Shown here in pieces: positions 53,601 to 64,000 of a stretch of DNA of 64,000 bases. Location: the NCBI GenBank assembly GCA_002269645.1, contig NIVC01000012.1, positions 1,426,001 through 1,490,000 of the forward strand, written 5' to 3'. Numbering within the stretch: the stretch's first letter is position 1; every line of letters begins with the position of its first letter. Source of the DNA: Macrostomum lignano. Taxonomy: Eukaryota. The notes beneath the pieces are model-generated. The model saw only the letters and a program-made list of their open reading frames with translations, had not been told where the DNA came from and did no database searches. Both the position numbers and the translations under genes were made by a program.

Positions 53601-56600
53601 AAGTGCACCAACTTTTTATGTCAATTTAGAATTTTGCTTTGTAAAGTATTTTACGCAACATATCGGCTACACATGTAAATCTATTAGAGCTATTAGGGAT
53701 ATCGATTTTTTATAACTGACTCTCCCTTCTCAATGCGATCTCTCCCTTCTCGATGAGATCTCTCCCTTCTCGATTAAATCTCTCCCTTCTCAATGAGATC
53801 TCTCCCTAACACCTCACCTAGCAAGATATCACAGAACGAATTAGAAAGCCTTATTAAATGAAGTTGCACAGGTTAATTAAAAAAATCAATTATCACCCTC
53901 AATAGCACAGCTGAATGACGCCCCAAGGAGCTTACAGAAACATTCCCCATCACATTCCGCAGGCTCCTGCGCCGAGTTCTCCCGCCTAATCGGCTGCCGC
54001 GGCAAAGACGTGCTGTACGCAGGCGATCACATCTTCGGCGACATCATCAAGTCCAAGAAGGTCGGCTGGCGCACCCTGCTCATTGTGCCTGAGCTGGCGA
54101 ACGAGCTATTCGTGTGGAAGCAGGACCAGCAGCTGTTCGAGAGGCTGCAACGCTTGGAAGCCGAGATGGGCCGAATGTACCTTCACTGCACTCTAGCTGG
54201 CAGCGATTCGAACCCGGGACCGCCGGCTAGCGAGGTCCAACGCATTCGCGCCGATATTCGCGACGTTGTCCGCCAGATGGACACCGCCTACGGCTTCTTG
54301 GGCTCGCTGTTCCGATCCGGGGGCCGCCTGACCAGCTTCGCCTACCAGCTGGAGCGCTACGCCGATATCTACGCCCAGCGTGTCACCAACCTGCGGCACT
54401 ACCCTAGCAACTACCTGTTCAGATCGCCGCAACGACTCATGCCGCACGAGTCCACCGTGACTCGGTCGGCGACGACCGCGTTCGCCAATCCTTCTGGTGG
54501 CGCCGAGGGCGACGTGTCTGGAGACGCGGCTGCGAGGCAGGACGGCTCTCCGGTGGAGGCCATCGCTGCCACCGCCAGGCTGGCCATGCGGGCCAACTCC
54601 ATTGTTGAGCGGGGACGCGAGCGTGAGTGCCTGTCTGTCTGTCTGCCTGTGTGTCTGTCTGTATGTCTGTCTGCCTGTCTCTTAGTGTCTGTTTGTCTGT
54701 CTGAGAGAGGGTTGGAAGAGGGGGATCGAGGGGAGAGAGGGTTGCAAGAGGGGATCAAGGGGAGAGAGGGTTGCAAGAGGGGATCGAGGGGAGACAGGGT
54801 TGCAAGAGGGGATCGAGGGGAGAGAGGGTTGCAAGAGGTTGATCGAGGGGAGAGAGGGTTGCAAGAGGGGATCGAGGGGAGAGAGGGTTGCAAGAGGGGA
54901 TCGAGGGGAGAGAGGGTTGCAAGAGGGGATCGAGGGGAGAGAGGGTTGCAAGAGGGGATCGAGGGGAGAGAGGGTTGCAAGAGGGGATCGAGGGGAGAGA
55001 GGGTTGCAAGAGGGGATCGAGGGGAGAGAGGGTTGCAAGAGGGGATCGAGGAGGGGAGAGAGGGTTGCAAGAGGGGATCGAGGGGAGAGAGGGTTGCAAG
55101 AGGTTGATCGAGGGGAGAGAGGGTTGCAAGAGGGGATCGAGGGGAGAGAGGGTTGCAAGAGGTTGATCGAGGGGAGAGAGGGTTGCAAGAGGGGATCGAG
55201 GGGAGAGAGGGTTGCAAGAGGGGATCGAGGGGAGAGAGGGTTGCAAGAGGGGATCAAGGGGAGAGAGGGTTGCAAGAGGGGATCGAGGGGAGACAGGGTT
55301 GCAAGAGGGGATCGAGGGGAGAGAGGGTTGCAAGAGGTTGATCGAGGGGAGAGAGTGTTGCAAGAGGGGATCGAGGGGAGAGAGGGTTGCAAGAGGGGAT
55401 CGAGGGGAGAGAGGGTTGCAAGAGGGGATCGAGGGGAGAGAGGGTTGCAAGAGGGGGATCGAGGGGAGAGAGGGTTGCAAGAGGGGATCAAGGGGAGAGA
55501 GGGTTGCAAGAGGTTGATCGAGGGGAGAGAGGGTTGCAAGAGGGGATCGAGGGGAGAGAGGGTTGCAAGAGGGGATCGAGGGGAGAGAGGGTTGCAAGAG
55601 GGGGATCGAGGGGAGAGAGGGTTGCAAGAGGGGATCGAGGGGAGAGAGGGTTGCAAGAGGGGATCGAGGGGAGAGAGGGTTGCAAGAGGGGATCGAGGGG
55701 AGAGAGGGTTGCAAGAGGGGATCGAGGGGAGAGAGGGTTGCAAGAGGGGATCGAGGGGAGAGAGGGTTGCAAGAGGGGATCGAGGGGAGAGAGGGTTGCA
55801 AGAGGGGATCGAGGGGAGAGAGGGTTGCAAGAGGTTGATCGAGGGGAGAGAGGGTTGCAAGAGGGGATCGAGGGGAGAGAGGGTTGCAAGAGGGGATCAA
55901 GGGGAGAGAGGGTTGCAAGAGGGGATCGAGGGGAGACAGGGTTGCAAGAGGGGATCGAGGGGAGAGAGGGTTGCAAGAGGTTGATCGAGGGGAGAGAGGG
56001 TTGCAAGAGGGGATCGAGGGGAGAGAGGGTTGCAAGAGGGGATCGAGGGGAGAGAGGGTTGCAAGAGGGGATCGAGGGGAGAGAGGGTTGCAAGAGGGGG
56101 ATCGAGGGGAGAGAGGGTTGCAAGAGGGGATCGAGGGGAGAGAGGGTTGCAAGAGGTTGATCGAGGGGAGAGAGGGTTGCAAGAGGGGATCGAGGGGAGA
56201 GAGGGTTGCAAGAGGGGATCGAGGGGAGAGAGGGTTGCAAGAGGGGGATCGAGGAGAGAGAGGGTTGCAAGAGGGGATCGAGGGGAGAGAGGGTTGCAAG
56301 AGGGGATCGAGGGGAGAGAGGGTTGCAAGAGGGGATCGAGGGGAGAGAGGGTTGCAAGAGGGGATCGAGGGGAGAGAGGGTTGCAAGAGGGGATCGAGGG
56401 GAGAGAGGGTTGCAAGAGGGGATCGAGGGGAGAGAGGGTTGCAAGAGGGGATCGAGGTCTTGTCTGCCTGTCTGTCTGTCTGTCTGTCTTAGTGTCTGTC
56501 TGTCTGCCTGTCTGTATGTCATGTCTGTCTGCCTGTCTGGAAAGAAATGGTAGAGTAGACAGACCTAGGTAGGTGAGGGTAGGTGTCCCCAAGCTAAACC

Positions 56601-56714
56601 GAATCGAATGCAATTCTTTCCAATTGTTCCGCAGGTCGCACAAGCGCGCCCTCAGTTGAGGAGGTGCACCTGGCTGCATCGATGGTATCTTGCGAAGAAT
56701 CAGAATCTGATTGA
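50682..56714 (+). CDS. NT5C2: Cytosolic purine 5'-nucleotidase (557 aa)
   Basis: Exons 50682-50764, 52468-52924, 53013-53406, 53963-54622 and 56635-56714. KRETGHR|IFVNRSL..GFDMDYTL (HAD motif I), LLTNS..YT, ACKPKFF, LYAGDHIFGDI.KSKK..WRT and an acidic C-terminus. Confidence 0.96.
50818..52395 (-). repeat. 28-bp minisatellite, locus 3 (inverted), NT5C2 intron 1
   Basis: About 56 units, reverse complement of the 718/17484 unit, with higher-order variant periodicity. Confidence 0.98.
53720..53808 (+). repeat. Short 20-bp tandem (TCTCCCTTCTCAATGAGATC) x about 4 in NT5C2 intron 3
   Basis: Directly visible. Confidence 0.85.
54703..56457 (+). repeat. 29-bp G-rich minisatellite (GTTGCAAGAGGGGATCGAGGGGAGAGAGG)n flanked by (TGTC)n, NT5C2 intron 4
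   Basis: About 60 units; it explains all the 300-540 aa ORFs here. Confidence 0.98.
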
Positions 56715-57224
56715 ACTGGATTGCCTCATGAAGAGCGGCAGTCTTCTTCCGCTCTAAAGATGATCTCCAAAGCCAAGTCTCCATTTTTGTGGCATGTGAT
56801 GAACTTTATAAAAACACTGCACTCCTCCAATACTTTTTAATGATTTATCGGCACAAGCAGCTTTGCTAATCAATTTTTAGCTTTTGCAGCGTGTGATGAT
56901 TTGCATGCGCATTTCTGCCTACTTATTGAACAGCAGTAGTAGTAGTAGTAGTTTTTTCAGCTTGTTTTATTCGGCCATTTTGCTTGAAATCATTTCAGTA
57001 ATCTGATTACTTCCAATTCCCTCACGATAGACGCAGATAAACAAAAATAAACAATAGAAACTATTATTAGAATTGTTTCTTTCTCCATCAAGCAGCAATT
57101 GATTGCTATCGAAATTTGAGTCTCGCAACGATAAACTTCTTTAATTTTATTATCTTAACGGGTTACTGGGATTTATTGTTACTCAATCAACTATCAGTTT
57201 AGTTCATGAATTATTAATGGAGGC

Positions 57225-60200
57225 CTACATAGCGGCGGTGCGGTCCAGGCAGACGGGCACTCGCTGCCACTGCTTCTTGGCCAGCCGGTCCACAATCTGC
57301 TGCACCGAGTCGCGCATTGCCGGCTCCAGGCGGTCCAGACAGCTGGCTGTCAATCGCTCGGCTCGGTAGAGCCGGCAGGCATCGGCCAGGGCCTGCTCGC
57401 TGGCCGCCTTTACTCCGATGTTTTTCTCTCTGGTGCCGTTGGCCAGCATTGGCAGCAGCGGCTTGGCGAGGCAGTTCAACAGCTGATCGTCTGGCAGGGC
57501 TTCGATGGCGAAGGAGGCGGCCTGGCTGGCCAGCAGTTTCACGTCGCTGTTCTCGTGCTTCTGCGCCTTCACCAGGCCGGCTACGAGGCGCTCCGACTGA
57601 GGCGCCTTGGCCAGCGCCAGTCCGATGCAGCGAACGCCCGCGTCTACAACCTGAGAAGAAAAAGTTTTTAGACAAGATATAAGCTTATATTTCTACTGAC
57701 AGTAGCATAGTTGGGTTTATAAAATTAAATTTGTGCATTTAGAAGAAATTATAGCAATTTGCTTCGTTGACTAGCCGATATGTGTCGAAACTTTACATAA
57801 CTGAAAGGAAAGGAATCGAAGCTACACATCTAAGCCGATATGTATCGAAAGTACACATAACTGATAGGAATCGAAGCTACACAGCTAAGCTGATATGTAT
57901 CGAAAGTACACATAACTGATAGGAATCGAAGCTACACAGCTAAGCTGATATGTATCGAAAGTACACATAACTGATAAGAATCGAAGCTACACAGCTACGC
58001 CGATATGTATTGAAAAAAACTCTACAAGGCTAATACTAACCTGAGGCCGATCACTGCCAACAGCGGCCAGCACAGCTATCTCAATGTCGCCCAGTCTCTC
58101 CTTGACGCTGTCGGCCGGCGCCGCCCCCAGATAAGCGGCCAGCCCGGCCAGTCTGGCCTGCCACTCCTGCCAGGCGGCCGAGTCGCTGGCCCCGCTGGGT
58201 GGCGCCGTCAGCAAGAACTGGCCGAGTGCGGTGTCGGTCACGGCCGAACAGGCCGCCGCTAGCAGACCGGCGCAGGCGCCGGCGCAGGCGCGCGCCGTTT
58301 CTTCGTCGGCTCCGGCGCCGCACAGTTTGTTAGATTTAACGGCGTTCAGCACGGATTCGCAGGCGGCCGGCGACAAGGAGCGGCCAGCTAGGAGGCACCA
58401 CTGGCGCAGGGCCGACAGCAGGGTGGTCTGGTAGGCGTCGGGCTTGGCCAGAGCCGACAGCAGCTCGGCGGCCATCTGGTCCGGCTTGGCGTGCACGCTG
58501 GCCAACTGGCCAATGGCCAAAGCTGCCCTGGATCGCAGAGTTTGAGCCGGGTCTGCCAGAGCTTTGAACAGAGTCAGCTGCAGCTGGGGCAGGAAGGCCT
58601 TCATGCCCGGGCCGCACCGGCCCAGCAGGGCTGTGAGGGCGTCGATCACGGCGCACTTCAGCTGGGCGGAGAATCGGTCGCCGAGTACACGGATTAGCGG
58701 GCCAGTGATGGCTACCACCTGCGGCAGTTGACGGGTGGTTAGGTGGTCAGCGGGTATATACCTGGTATTTAACTGGGTATCTTATTGGGTATCTGACTGG
58801 GAATCGCATCGGGTATCTAACTGGGTATCGCATCGGGTATCTAACTGGGTAACGCATCGGGTATCTAACTGGGTATCGCATCGGGTATCTGACAGGGGAT
58901 CGCATCGGTTATCTGACAGGGTATCGCATCGGGTATCTGACTGGTTATCGCATCGGGTATCGCATCGGGTATCTGACTGGGTATCGCATCGGGTATCTGA
59001 CTGGGTATCGCATCGGGTATCTGACTGGTTATCGCATCGGGTATCGCATCGGGTATCTGACAGGGTATCGAATCGGGTGTCTAATTGTATCGCATCGGGT
59101 ATCTGACTGGGTATCGCATCGGGCATCGTATCGGGTATCTAACTGGGTATCACATAGGGCATCTGACTGGGTATCGCATCGAATAGCTAGCTAGGTATCG
59201 CATCGCGTCGGGTATCTAATTGGGTATCGCATCGGGAATCTAACTGGGTATCGCATCGGGAATCTAACTGGGTATCGCATCGGGTATCTAACTGGGTATC
59301 GCATCGGGAATCTAACTGGGTATCGCATCGGGTATCTAACTGGGTATCGCATCGGGTATCTAACTGGGTATCGCATCGGTATCTGACTGGGTATCGCATC
59401 GGTTATCTGACTGGGTATCGCATCGGGTATCTAACTGGGTATCGCATCGGGTATCTGACTGGGTATCGCATCGGGAATCTAACTGGGTATCGCATCGGGT
59501 ATCTAACTGGGTATCGCATCGGGAATCTAACTGGGTATCGCATCGGGTATCTAACTGGGTATCGCATCGGGTATCTAACTGGGTATCGCATCGGTATCTG
59601 ACTGGGTATCGCATCGGTTATCTGACTGGGTATCGCATCGGTATCTGACTGGGTATCGCATCGGTATCTGACTGGGTATCGCATCGGTATCTGACTGGGT
59701 ATCGCATCGGGTATCTGACTGGGTATCGCATCGGTATCTGACTGGGTATCGCATCGGGTATCTTACCGACGACTTCAAAGCGTCAGGCGAGGTCCGTTCA
59801 ATCAGCTCCTTGAGTCCGAGGGCGGCGGCCTCTTTCTGCTCAACCTGGCCGCTGAGCAAGCCCTCCCTGTAGACGTTGAGCAGCGGCTGGATGCCGCGAG
59901 GCTGCAGCGAGCAGAAGCCCGGCACCAGAGTGACGGTAGCCCGGTGCTGCGGCTCGCTGAGCACGTGACGGACTGCGGTTCGAATCGGCGCGACAAGTTC
60001 AGACGGGGTGGGGCAGCGGGACACCAGGCCGGCCAGGCAGTCGTGGGCAGCGGCGATGACCCTGGGGTCCTGGATGCAGTAGCTGCGCAGACAGGCTCGC
60101 AGGACGGCCTCGGTGTGCTCAGCGAGCATCTCAGCTGAGTCGTCGCGCTGGGTGAGGCTGTGCAACAGGCGGGCGGCGCCCAAGCGGTAGTTTAGGGGCT

Positions 60201-63200
60201 GGTTGGACAGCTCTGAGCTGGTGAGATGCCGGATGGTGAGCTGCGGGAGAGGCGGGAGGTAATAGTGTCTGTAATTGTCTGTAGCTGTCTGTCATAGTGT
60301 CTGTAATTGCCTGTAGCTGTCTGTCATAGTGTCTGTAATTGCCTGTAGCTGTCTGTCATAGTGTCTGTAATTGCCTGTAGCTGTCTGTCATAGTTTCTGT
60401 AATTGCCTGTAGCTGTCTGTCATAGTTTCTGTAATTGCCTGTAGCTGTCTGTCATAGTGTCTGTAATTGCCTGTAGCTGTCTGTCATAGTGTCTGTAATT
60501 GCCTGTAGCTGTCTGTCATAGTGTCTGTAATTGCTTGTAGCTGTCTGTCTGTCAAAGTGTCTGTAGCGGTCTGTCTGTCAAAGTGTCTGTAGCGGTCTGT
60601 CTGTCAAAGTGTCTGTAGCGGTCTGTCTGTCAAAGTGTCTGTTACAGTCTGTCAATGCCCGCAAGTCCGCTATCACCTGCACGCCGGCATCGTCCCGAAC
60701 GCTGTGCATGACAGTCCTGCACTGGTCCATCTGATCCTCAGAGTCGGGATCCAGAGCGCCAAGCAGGGCTGGCAGAATCCTACTCAGATGCGGGGTCAGG
60801 GCTCCGCCAGCTACAGAGGCAAGAATAGCCAGAGTTCGCGTGTTAACGGGCTCCTGTGTGAGCCGGGGCACCAGATACGGCAAAGCGACTTCGCTTCTCG
60901 CGGCTACCGCCTGTTTCAAGCCGTCTAGCGCGGCGTCGGGATCGTCAACATTGCCGGCTTCAAGGTCGGACTGCAGTTTGATAACGATATCGTCCAGTGC
61001 GCGCTGGCCCAGTACAGTGTACAGCTGGTCGAAGGTGCGCGATGCGGCGACGCGGACGCTTGGCAGCGGATCGGCAAGGGCCCGGCGAACCGTGGGGACC
61101 AGCTGGTCCGCGTAGGACTGCAGTGGTTATCGGGGTGGTTCATGAATCCACTTTTTGAGGTTATTGTTTCAAGGAATAGATTGAACTTTGTGAAGCGATT
61201 CTGTGGGGGATTTAAAGGCGATTCTATCGGGAAATTAAGGGCGATTATATTGGGGAAGTAAGGGCGGTTCCATGAGGGAATTGAGGCTGGTTCTATCGGG
61301 GAATTAAGGTCTAAGGGGGAAATCAAGGGCGATTCTCTCATGAGATCAAGGGCGATTCTCTCATGAGATCAAGGGCGATTCTCTCATGAGATCAAGGGCG
61401 ATTCTCTCATGAGATCAAGGGCGATTCTCTCATGAGATCAAGGGCGATTCTCTCATGAGATCAAGGGCGATTCTCTCATGAGATCAAGGGCGATTCTCAC
61501 ATGAGATCGAAGGTGATTCTCACATGAGATCGAGGGCGATTCTCACATGAGATCGAAGGTGATTCTCACATGAGATCGAAGGTGATTCTCACATGAGATC
61601 GAAGGTGATTCTCCCATGAGATCGAAGGTGATTCTCACATGAGATCGAAGGTGATTCTCACATGAGATCGAGGGCGATTCTCACATGAGATCGAGGGTGA
61701 TTCTCACAATGAGATCAAGGGCGATTCTCACATGAGATCGAAGGTGATTCTCCCATGAGATCGAAGGTGATTCTCACATGAGATCGAAGGTGATTCTCAC
61801 ATGAGATCGAGGGCGATTCTCTCATGAGATCGAAGGTGATTCTCACATAAGATCGAAGGTGATTCTCACATGAGATTGAAGGTGATTCTCACATGAGATC
61901 GAGGGCAACTCTTGAAGATTATGGGGCAGTTATTCAAATAATAGCATCATAGCCTAACACTAATAAACAATGCTCACCTGCATATGATCCTTCGGCATGC
62001 TCCGCATGATCTCAGACAGAGCCAGACAGACACCCTCCCTCTGCTTGGCGTCAGTACTATCCAAGCCAGTCTGCAGCATCTGCATCATATGCTGCAACAC
62101 TCGTTCGCCCAATTTTTTAACAATATCGCCAAGCGTCTTGGCCGACACCTCGCGCATGTCGGAGCTGGCGCTGGCTAGGTTGCCTAGCAGCATTGGCAGC
62201 AGTGTGGGCAGTATGGCCTGCAGAGTGCGAGGCGTGTGCGGCACAACCACCTTCCAGACATGGCAGGAGGCCTGGCGGACTAGCAGAGCTGAGTCTGAAC
62301 GGCTCACGTAGCTGGGTAGGTTTATAAAGTATATTTGGATGATAGATGTGCGTATGTACTACTTGAATGATAATAATAATTGATTGGGACAGGGACTGAG
62401 ACTGGGGGGTCGCCACTCACACCCTCAATTACCCCAGCTAATGCTGGCACCCATTTTACAGCTGGGTGAACTGAAGCAATGCAGAGTTTAGTAACTTGCT
62501 CAAGGACACAAATTGTTACGAGTGGGTCAAGAATCGAACCCCCGACCTCTCAGTCGTGTAGTACATCCCAGTAAGTAGTACATATAAATACTATGTAAAT
62601 ATTCTTAGTAGTATTATATTATAATTGCTAACCTTCGTACTATTATGAGTAAGTAGTATGCAAATCTTGACTCAGTAGTATATACAGAACCAGTAGCATA
62701 ATCAGCACAGAGCAAGAGCTTACAGTCCGGCTAGCACTCGATTGCGCCTCTCCTGACCCAGCTGATCGCCAATCCGAGCAAACTCATTGCTTGATCCCAT
62801 TGTGTCGTCGTCATTGGCGCTGACTGTGGTGCCTTTGCCCGAGGCGCCGCTCAGTTTGTAGAGCAGGTCGCCGAGCAGTTGGACGCTGCTGTACCGGATG
62901 CGCCAGTTCTCATCGAATAGGCCGACCTGCGGGGATGTGGTTATGATTTTCCTGCAAACCCCGGTGATGCCTGTCTGTCCTGGTGACACTTGTGTGACTG
63001 TTCTGGTGATACCTGTGTGACTGTCCTGATGATAACTGTGTGACTGTCTTGGTGATACCTGTGTGACTGTCCTGGTGATACCCGTGTCACTGTCCTGGTG
63101 ATACCTGTGGGACTGTCCTGGTGATACCTGTGTGACTGTCCTGGTGATACCTGTGACCATTATGGTGATACTTGTATGACTGTTCTGGTGATACCTGTGT

Positions 63201-63892
63201 GACTGTCCTGATGATAACTGTGTGACTGTCTTGGTGATACCTGTGTGATTGTCCTGGTGATACCCGTGTCACTGTCCTGGTGATACCTGTGGGACTGTCC
63301 TGGTGATACCTGTGTGACTGTCCTGGTGATACCTGTGACCATTATGGTGATACCTGTGTGACTGTTCTGGTGATACCTGTGACCATTATGGTGATACTTG
63401 TATGACTGTTCTGGTGATACCTGTGTGACACCATGATACAGGTCTATGATAATGATTATCCCAGACGATAATCTGCGTGCTAAGACTTATTCACTGGCGT
63501 CAGCCGCTCACCTCCAGCTCGGGCAGCAACAGGGAGATAGCCATCTTAGAATACTGCTGCACCAGAGTCTGCCCAGCCTTCAAAGCGGTCTCCCTAACAA
63601 ACTCAATCTCGTTAGCCAGGCCGCTCAATATCGCAGGCAGGGTGGCGCTGACGTACTGCGAGAAATCCGTTTGAAACACTCTTGGCAAGAAGACGAACAT
63701 TAGTAAATAGCCGTCCCGAACGTGCGGTGCAATGTCCGGCTGTTTAGCGGTGTTGATGAGCTCGGGCATTAGGCTCTCGAGTTTGGCACTGCCCATACCG
63801 CCAATCATCTCGGAGAGGCCCTGCGCCGCGCCGGCCCTGTTGATTGGACTGTCCTCCGACACCAGGGTTTGCATCAGCCAGGGGAACAGGTC
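57225..63892 (-). CDS. GCN1: eIF2-alpha kinase activator GCN1, last 7 exons (978 aa; gene continues beyond the window)
   Basis: Exons 63892-63512, 62926-62724, 62311-61978, 61117-60677, 60240-59767, 58718-58041 and 57650-57225 join in frame. HEAT-repeat signatures GAAQGLSE, LANEIEFVRETALKAGQ, NWRIRYSSVQLLGDLLY, RNRVLAGLY..RSD, VRQASCHVWK, ITGPLIRVLGDRF. Confidence 0.96.
57773..58010 (+). repeat. 55-bp tandem repeat x about 4 in the last GCN1 intron
   Basis: TGTATCGAAA recurs at 57841, 57896, 57951 and 58006. Confidence 0.92.
58770..59762 (+). repeat. 24-bp minisatellite (GGGTATCGCATCGGGTATCTAACT)n in a GCN1 intron
   Basis: Directly visible; it reaches to ~5 nt from the donor at 59766. Confidence 0.97.
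60265..60650 (+). repeat. 32-bp minisatellite plus a ~23-bp variant in a GCN1 intron
   Basis: (CTGTAATTGCCTGTAGCTGTCTGTCATAGTGT)n, then (CTGTCTGTCAAAGTGTCTGTAGCGG)-like units. Confidence 0.95.
61318..61908 (+). repeat. 23-bp minisatellite (GAGATCAAGGGCGATTCTCTCAT)n in a GCN1 intron
   Basis: Directly visible; related to the reverse complement of 45045-45965. Confidence 0.96.
62370..62570 (-). mobile_element. CORE-type tRNA-derived SINE in a GCN1 intron
   Basis: Minus strand: B box GGTTCGATTC, then GTGTCCTTGAGCAAGTTACTAAACTCTGCATTGCTTCAGTTCACCCAGCTGTAAAATGGG, which resembles the MIR CORE domain. Confidence 0.8.
62975..63430 (+). repeat. 23-bp minisatellite (CTGTCCTGGTGATACCTGTGTGA)n in a GCN1 intron
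   Basis: Directly visible. Confidence 0.95.
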
Positions 63893-64000
63893 CTGCGGCG
63901 GTTTTAGGAGGGGAGGGGGGTGCAGGGTGCTTGATGCTTTCTTATATCTATGTGCTATATGCTGTCGCATTCTTTGATATCTATTCTAATTTGCCCAAAT

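Noticed and set aside
54411-56784. 300-543 aa ORFs on both strands (PLSPRSPLATL / GERGLQEG repeats)
   Set aside because: They are stop-free translations of the 29-bp array inside NT5C2 intron 4, open in all frames.
32090-59762. Consistent G-rich sense-strand bias of intronic arrays
   Set aside because: The arrays in FBXL16 intron 2 and NT5C2 intron 4 are G-rich on the sense strand, but exonuclease intron 2 and the GCN1 24-mer are C-rich; there is no rule.

Overview
Eukaryotic (animal) genomic DNA with spliceosomal GT-AG introns, GC/CpG-rich exons and an extreme load of tandem repeats; the style resembles the free-living flatworm Macrostomum, but that is inference, not a database result. I can assemble ten protein-coding genes by hand: a half-LIM+LIM protein (first exon), a proline-rich protein of unknown family (3' exons), a penta-EF-hand (peflin/PDCD6-like) protein, LYRM2 (absent from the ORF track), a secreted WSC+PAN/apple-like protein, FBXL16, ERCC1, an AEN/ISG20L2-like DEDDh exonuclease, NT5C2 and the last seven exons of GCN1. 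Of the 22 introns I could define, 17 are filled by a micro- or minisatellite array, mostly a different one in each intron. Some repeat units recur at unlinked sites. Several hAT-type MITEs with 8-bp target-site duplications carry their own internal minisatellites, and one intronic array looks derived from such a MITE repeat. Also present are two tRNA-derived SINE families (one CORE-type), Gypsy-like relics, a 590-bp duplication of the sequence after the PEF stop codon bracketed by 144-bp direct repeats, and CpG-depleted, C>T/G>A-mutated domains. Nearly all long ORFs in the supplied track are repeat artefacts. Exon coordinates were read by eye and may be off by a few bases.
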